Assembly: GCA_013239625.1 (NCBI GenBank)
Contig: MU053379.1
Span: 3,206,866 to 3,270,865, forward strand
DNA length: 64,000 bases
Direction of reading: 5' to 3'
Source: Lama guanicoe
Lineage: Eukaryota
How positions within the stretch are numbered: the first letter of the stretch is position 1; every line of letters begins with the position of its first letter. Below are positions 24,801 through 37,775 of the stretch, one piece after another. A model generated the notes under the pieces. That model searched no databases. It saw nothing but the letters and a program-made list of their open reading frames with translations, and was not told where the DNA came from. Both the position numbers and the translations under genes were made by a program.

Positions 24801-25826
24801 GTGGCTCAGGGCACAAAAAAGGCCCCCTACACACACTCTACTTCAAATTTCATTGTGGTTCCTTGGCTAAGTCACTGAGGTGTTTTGTTTTGTCTTTAAT
24901 TGACCTTGGCTTACCCATCTGCAGTAGCCTCGCGGGAGACCATAATGATTTTGCATGTGTTACGTGGCATTCACTTCCAAGGACGCTGACCCCAGACGTA
25001 GAGGTACAGCAAACAATTCCTGAGCATCTTTCTAACGCAGCGGCCTTTCCCGCGGCACAGGCACTGCACGCGGCAGGGAGTGGAGACACGGGGTAGCAGG
25101 TCCAGCACAAATATCGGAAGCAAAACCCAGTGCATGGATTTGGAAGAGCGTCAAAGGACTTGGAGTCTACAAACAGCACTGCTGGCAGCGTGGGCGGCTA
25201 TAATCCCGTGTCCATAAATTCCATTTTATTTTACGAGGAGCTGTGCCTACTTTCCTAAAGCTGGTGAGACGTCTCCTCACATTATACAAACACACTCCAA
25301 AGCTGACGTGAACATGCACTTGGCTCTGCCTCAGAGCTTCCCCGCGTTGGGCGGGTGCACGATGGAAACAGCTTTCCCTTAATGGGCGCTCGAGTGAATT
25401 GTAATCGCTCTTTGGTCGGGCTCCCACTCGAGGACGTGAGAGGGGTGTCCTGGCGGTTGGCTGTCAGCTTCTCGGTGACCCCACTGGTGTGGACATGACT
25501 CCAGGGTCCACTTGACTTTCTCAGGAGCCTGGGCCTGGGGGACGACCGTGGAGGACTGGCAGACAGAAGGGAGGCTGAAGCCTCCACATCCGGCCAGGTT
25601 CCCCATAACCACCTGCCCCCTCAAAAACAGACAAAAGAAACAGCAACTTTTTTTATTGTAAAGTCCTTCTGAAGAAGCCGTTAAGACCACTAGCTACTTT
25701 GGTATGGATGTTTGTAATTTAGAGGATGCTCTTTTTCTCAGGGTGGACTCTACAGCCAACGTCACGTGATGAGACTCAGCCTTCTTCCTCAGCTCATCTT
25801 CCTCCTCTTTAAAACTGGGAAACTAT

Positions 25827-26240
25827 ATGTTAGGACTGCTTTGATTGCAGTGGACAGAAACCGAATGGGAACTGACTGAAATACAGGAGAACCTATCATA
25901 AGAGTCCTAGGCTGTTTTTCAGGAACAAGGTCCTCCCTGGAGAGCTGTGGGAGGAATAAACCTGGTCTCGGAGCAATAGCTCCAGGGACACGCTCAGTCC
26001 CCGGAGGCTCGCTCCGTCTCCTGGAGATGCCCCTCTGCCTCCAAGTGCAACGTTCTCCTCTCCATATGTATGGTTTTACTTATTCTGACTCTCTGGCCCA
26101 GGAGATAAAACTGTACAGCCCTGGATAACTCCCCAGATTATGCCATGAAGCCCAGCCACCAAGAGAAGCACAGACACGTCAGCTCCAGAATTCCCTGAGA
26201 AAGACTCTAATTGGCTCACTTTGCCCCAGTCAGCTGTAGC
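25827..26240 (-). mobile_element. Old MLT1 (K/L-like) LTR
   Basis: tgttaggactgctttgattgcagtggacagaaacc...ccctgagaaagactctaattggctcactttg. Confidence 0.45.
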
Positions 26241-26439
26241 CAGGATTCCAGTCACGGAGGAACCTGGTGGGTCCCTCTAAACCGCAGCGAGGGTAGGGAG
26301 AGTCCTCAGAGGAAAGGAGGTCGTAGGCTGCCAAACTGTAATTCTCTCTCACCAAGGGGTTGGACCCGTGCTTCCTAAGGGTCCTTCCAGCATTAATAGC
26401 CCACTCTGCATTCTCTGCTTGATGTAAACAGACTCTCAG

Positions 26440-26790
26440 TTCAAGGGAGCCCATGACTGTGTATTTTCAAAACATAAGTGGGAATCTGCTCCAGCCAAGA
26501 GCTGAACCTGCTGTAACAGAGACGGAAGCATCCCCAGTTAACAGTCCTGCCAAGTCCCCCGTCCCCAGGCCTTTTGTTGTGGGAGCCATTACACCTCTTG
26601 GCTTGGGCACACTGTGATACCCAACTGAACATCCTGCCATCTGTAGCATGAGGAGTTGCTCAGGGTAACACAGAAGAAGAGATACATCCAAATAGATCAT
26701 GTGAATGGGGTTTTCTAAAACTCCAAGGACATCATCAAACCAGTTGCCTAGTGAGGAATCCTGCCACAAGGAATCAAGCATTTCTCGTGT
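26440..26790 (-). pseudogene. CR1/L3-like LINE reverse-transcriptase fossil
   Basis: ORF 26467..26781(-) contains SSLGNWFDDVLGVLENPIHMIYLDVS, similar to CR1 RSCLTNL..FF.......VDVIYLDFS. It also contains SVSVTAGSALGW, similar to SGVPQGSVLGP, in the correct order. Confidence 0.6.
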
Positions 26791-26822
26791 CAGATTTTGA
26801 TTATCCTAGCAAATGTCCTTAC

Positions 26823-27250
26823 TGTATTAGGGTAAGCCAACTGCTGCAACAAACACACTCCAAAAAATATATTAGGACTGAGATGCAAGGGGAAATTATT
26901 TCTAATTCACATGGGGACAGGCGGACACCTGCACTCCATGGCATAGTTTAAGGCTTGAGTTCCTCCCATCTGTGGCTCCTTTCAAGTCCTCATCTGTTAT
27001 TATTCAGTTGATGGCAAGAGAGAGAGAGAGCATGGTGGAAACGTCCCCATCTCTTAACAGCCTTAGCGCAGAACTTGCACACCCAACTTCCACTCACATT
27101 CCATTGATGGGAGCTGGTCACATGCCCATGTTTGTTTGCAAGGAATGCTGGGAAATGTAGTCCCTTTGAGGGTAGCCTCTTCTCAACTACAATAAAATCT
27201 CATGGGCAGAAAGTATTGATTTTGGTCAACAGCTACCTACCTCTGCCACA
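26823..27250 (-). mobile_element. MLT1 (J/L-like) LTR
   Basis: tgtattagggtaagccaactgctgcaacaaac...cactcacattccattgatgggagctggtcacatgccc...gcaaggaatgctgggaaatgtagtc...tctgccaca. Confidence 0.7.
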
Positions 27251-27969
27251 CTTACAATGTATATAAACCACCTACAAAATATACAGACCCTTCAAACTAC
27301 GGACACATAAACAAGCCACGAGAAGAACTTGAAACAGAGAAGGAAAAAAAAAGAACTCAAACTTTAAAGTCCCTGCTTAGACATACTTAAGAATGAAGTT
27401 TTATTCACTTTCCAGTATGCATTTTTTAACAAAATTTAAAATAGCAGTTAGCCATTTTAAAGTGGTCTTGAGTAATATTCCTCTAAATATTCTCTGTATT
27501 CCTTCTGACTTTTCTTGTAGTGTAATCAAGTTCACTGTGATCTTAAAATAGGAAGAACAATTATATCAATTTGCATTTTAAAAACAACAGCATGAGGATG
27601 TAATATTATTCTAAACATTCCTATGGCTATTATAGAAATAACAGGTCAATAGAAGAGGTATTTTAAAAGATCAAAAATACAATAAGACACTTTTCTTCAC
27701 TGACCTAATTTATGTGTGTATGAACTAACTTGTTCTAAAATAAAGTAAGACTTTATTTTACTAAGCTGCCCTTTTAAAAATTAGGCATGCGTTTTGACCA
27801 AGTCATTACACACTTGGTAATTAATCCTAAGGAAATAATCAAAAAAGCATGCCGGACCGCACTGCTGGATGCTCAGCCCTACGGAATTGTTCGCCGTAGC
27901 AAACAGCAAAGCAAGTTTGCACTTCGTGCCCAAGAACAAGAAACAGGTTAAGTAAGAGGGACGCGGCCA

Positions 27970-28086
27970 GTAAGGCGGCCCTGCGTCTCAGTTCACCCCC
28001 GCCGTCCCTGTGCTCTTGGAATTAGCACCTCCCTTTTACTTTCAAAAGCATCTCAGTTTGGATTACAAATGATATGGCCACCCTAA
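27970..28086 (-). mobile_element. MER96-like hAT MITE
   Basis: Reverse complement begins tagggtggccatatcatttgtaatccaaactgagatgcttttgaaagtaaaagggaggtgctaatt, matching the recalled TAGGGTGACCATAT terminal repeat and body. Confidence 0.55.
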
Positions 28087-28189
28087 ATATAATGAAATCT
28101 ACTGCATCCTAAAAATTCATGATGTATGAGGTGTATCATAAAAAGGTAAACTTTTTATAATTTGTTGATATGTGTAAAATGCAGTTTGC

Positions 28190-29910
28190 TATCTATAGGT
28201 TGAATGCAATTCCAGTTAAATTCTCAGCGAGTTACGCTGTGGATAGTAACAAATCGACTCTACCATTTGGATGGAAAAATGAGGCCCAGAATAGCTAACG
28301 TAATAATGAGGAGGAAGAACAGTGTTGGAGCACTATTACCACCCGATTTCAACACTTACTCTAAAGCTACAGTGATCAATATATTATGGTACTGGAGAAA
28401 GAATAGATGGATAGACCAACTGACTAGAATACAGACCCAGAAATAGAGCCACACATATATAGTCAATGGTCTTTGATAAAGGAGCAAAGATAATCCAATG
28501 GACAAAGGACAAATCTTCAACAGACGATGCTGGAACCACTGGACATCCACATGCAGAAAAAATGACTCTAGACAGACAACTTATATCTCTCACCAAAATT
28601 AACTCAAAATGTATCATAGACTTAAATGGAAAATGCTACACTATAAAACTTTTAGAAGACTACACAGGTGAAAATCTAGGTGACCTTGCATTTGGCAATG
28701 ACTTCTTAGGTGCAACACCAAAAGTATGATTCCTGAAAGGAAAAGTTGGTGTGTGAGACTCTATTAAAATTAAAAACTTCTGCTCTGCAAAAGACACTGT
28801 GAAGAGAATGAAAAGACAAGCCACAGACCAAAGGAAAATATTTTCAAAGCACGTATCTGGTGCATGGCTTGCATCTAAAACATACAAAGAACCCTTAAAA
28901 TTCAACACTAAGGAAACAAACCACTCAGTTAAGAAGTGGGCAAAAGTTCTAAACAGGTACTTGACCAAAGAAGAAACACAGACGGCAAGTAAGTATTTGG
29001 ATAGGCACTCAACATCGTCTGTCATTAGGAAGCTGCAAATTTAAAACAATCAAATACCACTACACACCTATTAGAATGACCAAAATCCAAAACACTGACA
29101 GCACCAAATCCTGGCAAAGATGTGGAGAAACAGGAACTCTCATTCATTGCTGGCGAGAATGAAGAATGGTGCAGTCACCCTGGAAGACAGTTTAGAGATT
29201 TCTGACAACACTTAACGTGGTCTTACCGTATGATCCAGCAATCTTGTGCCTTGGTATTTACCCAAATTAGTTGAAAATGGTGTGCACACAAAAATCTGTA
29301 TATAAATGTTTATGGAGGTATATATATAATTGCCAAAACTTGAAAGAATTTGCGATGCCCTTCGGTGGGTGAGTGGATAAGTAAGCTCTGATGTATCCAG
29401 ACAGTGGAATATTATTCAGAATTGTTTTAATGTGCTAACAAGCCACAAAAAATATGGAGGAAACGTAAATGCATCTTGCTAAGAGAAAGAAGCCAAACTG
29501 AAAAACTTATATGATATTCTGGAAAAGGCAAAACTACAGAGAAAGTTAAAAAAAATCAGCGGTTGTCAGTGACTCGAGGGGTGGGGGGACTAGCTGGAGC
29601 GTGGAGGATTTGTTAGGGCAGCGAAATTACTGTGTATGATGCTGTAACGGAGGACATGTGACATTACGCATTTGTCAAAGCCCATGGAGCTGTGCAGCGC
29701 AGAGACTGTGCAGCACAAAAACTACAGAATTCAGTCAATAATGTATCAGTGTTGGCTATTGGCTCATCAGCTGTAGTAAATGGACCACATTAATGCTAGA
29801 GGTTCGTAACAGGAGAAGCTGTGGGGAAAGGGGCCATGTGGGAGCACCCTGTACTTTCTGCTCAATTTTTCTGTCCACCTAAAATTGCTCTAAAGAGTAG
29901 TCTGTTAATT
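28190..29910 (+). mobile_element. L1M (L1MB/MC-like) LINE, 5'-truncated: decayed ORF2 C-terminus plus 3' UTR
   Basis: ORF fragments PRIANVIMRRKNSVGALLPPDFNTYSKATVINILWYWRKNRWIDQ, FDKGAKIIQW...TKINSKCIIDLN...IKLLED..GENLGDL.FGNDFL and KRMKRQATD..KIF...KKWAK are L1 ORF2. The 3' end is ctgtactttctgctcaatttttctgtccacctaaaattgctctaaa. Confidence 0.95.
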
Positions 29911-30892
29911 TTCAAATGCAGTTTTGTTGAACAATCTCATGTTCGTTAAAATATATATGAGCACGTGGGCTCAGAAAGGAATCTCTCGAGAATACAAATC
30001 GAAACGTGAACCATTGTCCTTGCAGGATGGAATCGGGGAGGTTTTCCACTGATCTGTAATTTCTAATGTTTAGTATGTATTGCTTGAGTTACTTAAATAC
30101 ATATGAAAGAGGGGCGTTTCCTTGCCTTGAATATCAAGTTCTTGGCTCAAAGTGCTAAATGCCAATAATGGATCTTATTAATGTGAGCCTACCACGTTCC
30201 AGGCATAATGCGTGATTCAGTCTCTTTCAGGGGATTTCAGTTAGGACTTTTATGCCCATTGCCCAGGTGGGAAGCTGAGGCATTACCTATTTTGCTCAGT
30301 GTCATCTATGTTCCTGTGATTTTGAGAAAGGCGGGACAAGCACACCCTTCTCTCTTTCTTCGATGCTGCGCTGACAGCGTTATGGGCACAGGCACGTTCC
30401 CCGTCGTTCCAGACCTTCCACGTGCATGTGGGTCAGAGGGCTCCAGCTTGACCTGGGAGGAGAGTTGTTTTCTCTCCCCCAGCTCAAGACGAATGTCCTA
30501 CGAGCGTAACAGAAGACTGGGGCCAATCACAATCAAAGCTGGAGACTTCCTTACGTTAGCACCGAGCACTTAGCTGAATGCCAGTTTTCTGTCTAAAGGC
30601 GTGAAAAGCAAGTCGTTGTCCTAGAGCAATGCCTGCCGTGTCAGAGCAGCACTAACCCTGTGTTCTGATTTCGCATTTGCATCTGGAGCGAGCAGCCTTG
30701 TGGACAGCACCTTGTCAGAGGGGACAGGAAATTTCTGCTCCTGCTATTCGTGGCTTCCCTACATTATCTCTGGGAGGGGAAACGGGCTGGATTTGGTTTT
30801 TGTTTTCATTATTCACACACCAAGACTGATAAATATTTCATACCTATGTGTAAGGCTGTTTTGTGAAAATGTTACCTTAAAAATTAACTATT

Positions 30893-31510
30893 GGAGAAAA
30901 CTGTCATTCGAAAAGACACCTGCACCCCAATGTTCACAGCAGCACTATTTACAATGGCCAAGACATGAAAACAACCTACATGTCCATCAACAGATGACTG
31001 GATAAAGAAGATGTGGGATATTTCTACAACAGAATACTACTCAGCCATAAAAAAGAATGAAATCATGCCATTTGCAGCACCATGGATGAACCTAGAGATG
31101 ATCATATTAAGTGAAGTAAGTCAGACAGAAAAAGACAAACATCATATCATATCACTTACATGTGAAATCTAAAAAATGACAAAAATGAACTTATTTATAA
31201 AACAGAAACAGACACACAGACATGGAAAGCAAACTTACAGTTACCAAAGGGGAAGTAGGGGAGGGATAAATTAGGAGTCTGGGATTAGCAGATACTAAGT
31301 ACTATATATAAAATAAACAACAAGGTCCTACTGTGCAGCACAGGGAACTGTATTCAATAGCTTATAATAACCTATCATGAAAAAGAATCTGAAAAAGAAT
31401 ACATATATATATGTATAACTGAATCACTGTGCTGTATGCCAGAAACTAACACAAAATTGCAAATCAACTCTACATATATATATATATATGTATATAAATA
31501 AATAAATAAA
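30893..31510 (+). mobile_element. L1 3' end, cetartiodactyl/camelid type
   Basis: gaaaagacacctgcaccccaatgttcacagcagcactatttacaat...aaggtcctactgtgcagcacagggaac...gtataactgaatcactgtgctgtatgccagaaactaacacaa, ending in a (TA)n/(TAAA)n tail. Confidence 0.9.
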
Positions 31511-31589
31511 AGTTACTTGTTGGCATGATTCTTGGGAAGCATATGGACTTTTCTGGTTCTTGAGGCCACACCACAGACAGCGTGTCTGG

Positions 31590-32070
31590 ACCACTGCCTT
31601 GGGCTGCTTCTCCCAGAAGCAGGTCCCGAGATGAGGACTCAGGTACAAGCAGGTGAGCCTTTGGCAGGTGAGCCCTGGAAACACTAGCAGAGGGGTGGGC
31701 GGTGAGCCAGGAGGGGAAGGAGCCCGCACAGGGCAGCCCGTGGGACCCCTGGGGCTCTTGGTGGACAGGCCCCTGGGACTGAGTCACTGTGGGTTAGGAC
31801 ACAGCAAGCGCTGGGTACAGCATGTGGTACAGCAAGCGCTGGCTGCTCCCACACCCGGCTGAGGGTCACCACAGCCTCACCTGCCTTCCCCTCCACCTGC
31901 CGGTCACCCTGCATCTTGGTTTGGCTTCTCCCAGAAGTTAACCCCGAGACAAGGAGAGCACAGGGGAGGTGATACCAGGAAGCACGGGTGGGGTGGGGAG
32001 AAGTGAGGCAGGACAGGGACCACGGGTGATGCTCAGGTGTGTTCAGCCCACGGGAGCCTGCCGTGAAAGG
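31590..32070 (-). mobile_element. Two adjacent LTR33/LTR16-like fragments
   Basis: ttgggctgcttctcccagaagcaggtcccgagatgaggactcagg (about 31600) and ttggtttggcttctcccagaagttaaccccgagacaagga (about 31916). Confidence 0.55.
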
Positions 32071-32799
32071 CAGATGTCAAAGTCCTCGGCCCATTTAGGT
32101 GTTAGACAGCAGCGATGAGTCTCCGCAGCGTTCTCTGCTGCCTTATTCTTGGAGAAGGTGATTTGTGACTTGGAGAAATGAACATCAGATTCTCCCGGAC
32201 GCCACCTGCCCACAGCACGGCTCTCCCCACCTGCCGAGTGCTGAGCAGGGGTGGCTTTGGCCGTGGTGGGACTTGTGAGAACGTGGGCACATCTGCTTCC
32301 TGAGCACAGTGGTTTCCAGAAGCACAGGAGAGCATGGTCAGGCTCGGGGCTCCCATGTGGCCACCATGTGGTCACCTTCTGGGCTGGAGGTGCTGCCCGA
32401 ATTTCACTGGATGGAAGGCACAGTGTCTTCTCCTCCCAGAGATGGTTGAACAACATGCAGAGAGCCTGAGGCTGCAACCCTTCCTCCCATGTGTCTCCCT
32501 CCTCCGCAAAACAAGCCGGGAACGGTGCCCGGCCGGGTCCTCCGGGTGGTCTCCCTTGGTGAACTTGGGAGACTGGGTCCAGCAGCTCAGGTGGTGGCAG
32601 GCGGACCGCCTGCGTTTTCCTAAGTCAGACGTCGCTCCGCCCGCGGGGACTCCTCAGAGGGCGCGTTCAGCGCCGCCCACCGACACGGGTGGGTTTCTGA
32701 ACTACCTTCTGTGTGTTTAATCTCCAGCGCAGATGAAGAAACAGAGGCAGAGACAGAGATCGCTAGAGGGACCAACTGAAGGCTTTTTTATGAAAGGGG

Positions 32800-34200
32800 G
32801 TGGGGGGGGAAACAGACTTGAAAATTTACTAACATCTAATCCTGTTAAGACTTCCTCCACCATATGCCGCACAGCGCACACTGGAAACGTGTGCTAATTA
32901 CCCCTGCCGCATCGTGTGTTACGCTTTATACGCAGCCCCTGACCTTTTCGTTAATAACTTTGCATTATATTCATTGACCTGAAACAAATTGAATTCGGTG
33001 GCACTCACTCAAGAATTGAATTACATAGGCTTCTTAATTGGTCTCTTATTTATTTAAATGTGAAAAAGTAACGGCTTGCCACCTGTAATATTTTCCCAAC
33101 AAAGTAAAATTAGAATTCTACTGTTTTTCCCTAGCTAGATGATTTTTTTTCAGTCACCCAGCCATGAATACACATGAGGCGTGAAACTACAGTTCCAGTG
33201 TTATCTCCAAAGAGAATCTCATCATTTTCTCTCTCATTGCCAAAGCCCTGAAAAAGATGATACAGGAATGTGTTAATTCGAGGCGATCTATGTAAATCGG
33301 CTGGGCGAGGATGGCTTCTCCGGAAAGTGGTCCTCAGAATAGGCAGCACTCCTCCTCCATCACCGATAGTTCTACTGTTGGACCCTCCCCAGCTCCTTGG
33401 AGTCTCCGTATGTGATTAAATATACCTCCGGGTGGCAAAATCAGGACCATTAAGACAGGAATATGTGTAGCATGTGAAGATATTTTCTGCTGCATTTGCT
33501 AGTTTTTAAGTCCTTGAGCTGCATTGTCTGTTGCCTGGAGGGGGGCCGATATCTAATTTCAGGAGTTTAGTGATGTGCTCGCATCCACGGTTTCACAGGC
33601 AGCAGATACCGCCGGTAACATTGTTCTTAATACCACTCACTCATCTCTTTCCTCGGAGGATCCCTGCAAGCGATGGAAGAGATAGGAGCCGCTGGAAATT
33701 TTTGGTTTTGCTTTCTAATTCCAGTGTGAAATTAATTGTCCCAACTGCAAAGAACTACTTGCTCCTTTGCTTACTATATTTAACTTAAAAATGCAAATGT
33801 CATTAGTAGACTGATGGCAGATAAACGCGTCTCTCTGCCCGGCTTTAACCTCTATTAGTGAGGATTACGAGGACGCGGGCACACTGGCATTTTCTAAGTG
33901 TCACCGTGACAGCACTTGCTGCACAAATGCCTAGCTGTCACCGTGAGTTTTATCACGCGGTTTTCCCTCCGAATGTAGACTAATAAACCCAGAAATTACA
34001 ATTGCCTCCCTGCCGAATCTGTGATAGGCGGAAATAATGATATCAGTGCCCGGCTAATCTTCTTGCCTCTGCGCTTGGTACTGTCCTATTGAGTCACCTG
34101 TCACACTCCGCTTTGATGAGACGAATTCAATCTCCCTGCTGTAATGACAATGGGGCCATTTTAATGTTTGGAAATGATTATGTGGAAGCTTCGCCGTGCT
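32800..34200. promoter_or_regulatory. Repeat-poor block, candidate conserved enhancer
   Basis: Dense TAAT/ATTA motifs, a TGTCA/TGACA cluster at 33797-34150 and an AP-1 site TGAGTCA at 34090-34096. Confidence 0.5.
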
Positions 34201-34774
34201 CCGTCCTGGCAAGCGAGCCGGGGCGCCGTGCACACCAGGAGAGCAGGCTCTGGCTGTCGGGCAGGTAGTGGAGATGCTGAGTTATTGGGAAAGATGCCTC
34301 ATGAGCCTCCGAGGCTGGCCTTGCAGGAGGGAAGGTTGGGGAGGGTAAAAGGTGGGACCACTCTTGCAGAAGCATAGCCATTGGCTAACCTCACAGCTAT
34401 CTGCACAAATTTGTGTCTAGAAGGATTTCCCACAACCGTCTGTGTTGCTCAAGGAGGCAGGGACGGCTGGAGCTTATAAATAATTACTGTCACACCACCA
34501 GCATTATTTGCTAGGCTGGGGCATGGCAGTCAGAGATGGGTTGTGGAGCACTTCCCTAGGACATTAACCAAATCGAATTACTCCTACCCTAGGCCTCATT
34601 CTTTGAGAACAAAAGTACTTGCTCTTTGAGAGTAATTCTGCTGAAGAGCCAAAGAATCTAACTTGGAAAATACCAGGTGTTAATGAGCTCTGGAGCAAGC
34701 AGAATCCTTACCCACCACTGGTGTCAGTTTCTAACACCACCATGGAAAACCAGCAGTCTCTACTAAAGCCAGAT

Positions 34775-35275
34775 GTATACAAACCCAGCACCCTTACCCG
34801 TAGGTGGATACTCCACAGACATGCATGTGTGTGTTTAGCAAAGGACGTGAACTAGAACATTCATGGTACCATCCTTCATGATAGAGCCCAGCTGAAGCCC
34901 ATCTAATGCCCATCAGCAGTAGAATGGATAAACCAACTGGGAATTGATTTGCAGTGGAATAGTATACAGCCATCAAAATGATTAAACTACAACCATGTGG
35001 ATGAAGCTCACAAACGTGATGCTGAATGAAAGAAGCCAAACTTACAAGGGTGAAAGTGTAAAGCAGAGGCGGGTAAAACTGCTCTACAGGATGAGAAGTT
35101 GAGACCGTGGTTATCTTGGTGGTGACAATGACTGGACGAGGACACAAGGGGAGCTTCTTGGGGCTGGTCACATTCTGATCCTTACTCTGGGTGCAGGCTA
35201 CACTAGTGTATTTGGTTTCTGAAATTTCATTGATTTGTGTACTCTTCTGTATGTGCATTGTACTTTGAAAGATTA
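34775..35275 (+). mobile_element. L1ME-like 3' end
   Basis: aatgcccatcagcagtagaatggataaac...gtggaatagtatacagccatcaaaatg...gatgctgaatgaaagaagccaaac...tgtactcttctgtatgtgcattgtactt. Confidence 0.75.
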
Positions 35276-36341
35276 TCATTTTAATTGCATTTAATTAACA
35301 TTTTTCAAGTAATGTAGAAGGCACATGTGCATTCTCTCTGCCTCTATAGGACTAGGGACAGAAATGTCACTTTGTAGCTGGACCTCAGGCTCCCTCACCA
35401 ACACCTGCTCTGCACGTATGGGATCTGGGGAGGAGGCTCATTGTTCAGAAGTGAGAATATTCCTCTCTCAGAGGCTGGTTACAGAAAACTGGAGGGGAAG
35501 GTGCTGAGCCACCTTGCCAAAGTGGTCCCTTGTCTTTGGTCAAGAGAACTGAGAAGGTACTGGTGACCACAGGAAGTGTGTTGCTACACCTCCAGGAGGC
35601 GGAGAAGGCACCACCACCCATGGGGATGGAGAATCAATCAGGTGCCCCAGGATTGCTTCCCAAATACATCTCCTACAATCTCTCCCTGCCCTGATTCAAG
35701 TCTTAGCCTTTCTGATGCATTCACCAAAAACGAGTCACGTGAATGAAACGTGCTCCCTTGTGGAACCACCCCTTACATGTGGCTTCCCTATTTGAACAAT
35801 AAAGCTCAAGGAAGCATTTTTATCTCTGGTAATCACATCCCAGAGGGACAGCAGCACACAGAACAGACATAACCCACAGTCTCTGATCCTTCTAGAAGGA
35901 CAGCTCCCAAGCTCCCTGTTAACATGGGAAAAAACGTGTGCAGAAAGGAGCCATAATTCAGCAGGCAAAGTCACGTGCACTTAGACGGGGCTCTGTAATG
36001 TAAATTGCTTGGCTAGTTTCCAGAGCAAAATGGAGCTGCCCCTGGTGGATTAATTAGTCTCCAAACTCACTCTCTACCTTCATTTGTTTCTTCTGGCAGT
36101 CTGTTTTGTCCATTTTGTCTGTCCAGACACAGGGTTCATTTAAGTTAGTGGTCACCGGTTTATAGTTACAATAAAAGTAAACTGCATACACTTTTAAATC
36201 TCATTACACAAGACTCTTAGCAGGCTTTGGTCTTTCTTAAACTTGGAACTATAACAGTGCTTTATAAATAATACCCATCACCATAAAAATGGCCATGAAT
36301 ACACCCAATTTAAAATGATTTTCAAGAAAATGGGATTTTCT

Positions 36342-36365
36342 CTGCCACCTGCTAGCAGTGCAGTA
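36342..36365 (-). promoter_or_regulatory. Candidate CTCF site
   Basis: Reverse complement ctgcactgctagcAGGTGGCAG, one mismatch to CCAGCAGGTGGCAG. Motif match only. Confidence 0.3.
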
Positions 36366-36379
36366 TCTTGGGAAATTCT

Positions 36380-36530
36380 TCATCCTCTCTGAACTTCAGT
36401 TTCCTCATCTGTGCAGGAGGGATCAGAAAAGCACCTACCCTGAAGGGTTATTATGGGGATAAATTGAGTTAACCCACAGAGAAGACTGGGAATGGTGCCC
36501 AGGGTGTTGGACACTCTCGATAAATGGTGG
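36380..36530 (+). mobile_element. MIR SINE
   Basis: ctctctgaacttcagtttcctcatctgtgcaggagggatc...cctaccctgaagggttattatggggataaattgag. Confidence 0.8.
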
Positions 36531-36734
36531 CCTCTGTGACGATGGTGGCTAGGATGCTGTTTCCTTGAGGGAAGCTCATCAACAGGCTTCCATTGCCTGG
36601 AAAGCAAAACCCACACTGACTGTGGCATCTAAAGCCCTTCACGGCCGGACCCCGATCTGCTGCTCAGCCCTGATGTTCCTAAGGGATTGGGTCCCTCCTC
36701 ACTTCCTAAATCTGCTCTCTGCTCCTTTCTTTTC

Positions 36735-37060
36735 CTTTGATTGAGATCTAATCAACATGTGACACTACCAGCTTCAGGCGTACACCACAATAATTCAATA
36801 CACACATATACTGCAAAAGGACTCCCATAGTAAGTCTAGGTGGCATCCATCACCACCCACCACTACAGATTGTTTTCTTGTGATGAGCACTTCAGAAATC
36901 TACTCTCAGCAACTTTCAAATACACAATACAGTGTTGTTCACCACCGTCCCCGGGCTGTAAACGCCATCCCCGGGACTCAGCGATCTGACACCTGGGGGT
37001 TTGCACCTTTTGCTGCTCTGTTTTTCCCTTTCTTTCCACCCCTCTCCCCACAAGCATCTG
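36735..37060 (-). mobile_element. L1MA9-like 3' UTR
   Basis: ttgagatctaatcaacatgtgacac...ttcttgtgatgagcacttcagaaatctactctcagcaactttcaaatacacaatacagtgttgtt. Confidence 0.8.
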
Positions 37061-37269
37061 TGATGGAATTTCCTTCTTTCTCGCCATTTATTTCCCCAGC
37101 TTAGAACCTTCTGTTTCTTCAAGGCACAGACAAGAAGGGCTTTCCTTCATTAACCCTTTGCTCCCTTACAAGAACCGTAGGCACCTTGGCGGGACCTGGA
37201 GGCAGACACGCCGCAGGATCTCACGGGTTTTAGTTTGGGGGCAGAGCAGCTGTTACTCTACTATTACCT

Positions 37270-37560
37270 ATGTGGTCCCTGTCGCTTCCCAGCCTCCCTC
37301 ACAGTGTACTTTGGCCAAAGAAGTGCGAGCAGAAGTGACGTGTGACACTTCCAGGAAGAGCTCAGCTCTTTAGTCCTTCCCCTCGCCCACCAGGGCAAGC
37401 CCCGAAGCCACATGGTCCAGATGAGGCAGCTATAAGATGACAGCTCTTCCGTCGGCCGGGTCCTTGCGTGAGTGGGGACAGCCTGCCCACCTGGATCGGA
37501 CATCCAGGCCTTGGCTGTGTGAACCGCTGAGCCGTGTCTTCCTCCTCTGCGCACTCAGAT
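37270..37560 (+). mobile_element. MLT1 (I/J-like) LTR fragment
   Basis: ttcccagcctccctc...tggccaaagaagtgcgagcagaagtgacgtgtgacacttccagg. Confidence 0.6.
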
Positions 37561-37654
37561 CTTCAGAATCTGTATGTGAACGGGTGCTGTGTGGTAGCGG
37601 TTGTGTGTGTGGTTGGGGGGTGAGGCACATGCATGTATAGACACATGAACTTCC

Positions 37655-37775
37655 TTCCTGGAAGGCTGTGCCCTCCTAGAATCAGGGGTCAAGTCCACTC
37701 CATCTTGGACTTTCCCACAGCCCCTACAAGGTGCTGAAAATGAGTAGATGTTAAAAAATACGTGTTGAATTAATT
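37655..37775 (+). mobile_element. L2 3' end
   Basis: tttcccacagcccctacaaggtgctgaaaatgagtagatgttaaaaaatacgtgttgaattaat. Confidence 0.55.

Noticed and set aside
28204..29044. Functional L1 ORF2
   Set aside because: It is fragmented by stops and frameshifts, 5'-truncated, and lacks the RT core and endonuclease.
31563..31585. REST/RE1-like site
   Set aside because: Only about 14 of 21 positions match, and the TCAGCACC half-site is broken.
31801..31842. Direct repeat ACAGCAAGCGCTGG twice (CRISPR-like spacing)
   Set aside because: Only two short copies inside an LTR relic in a mammalian genome, so a local slippage duplication is the simpler reading.
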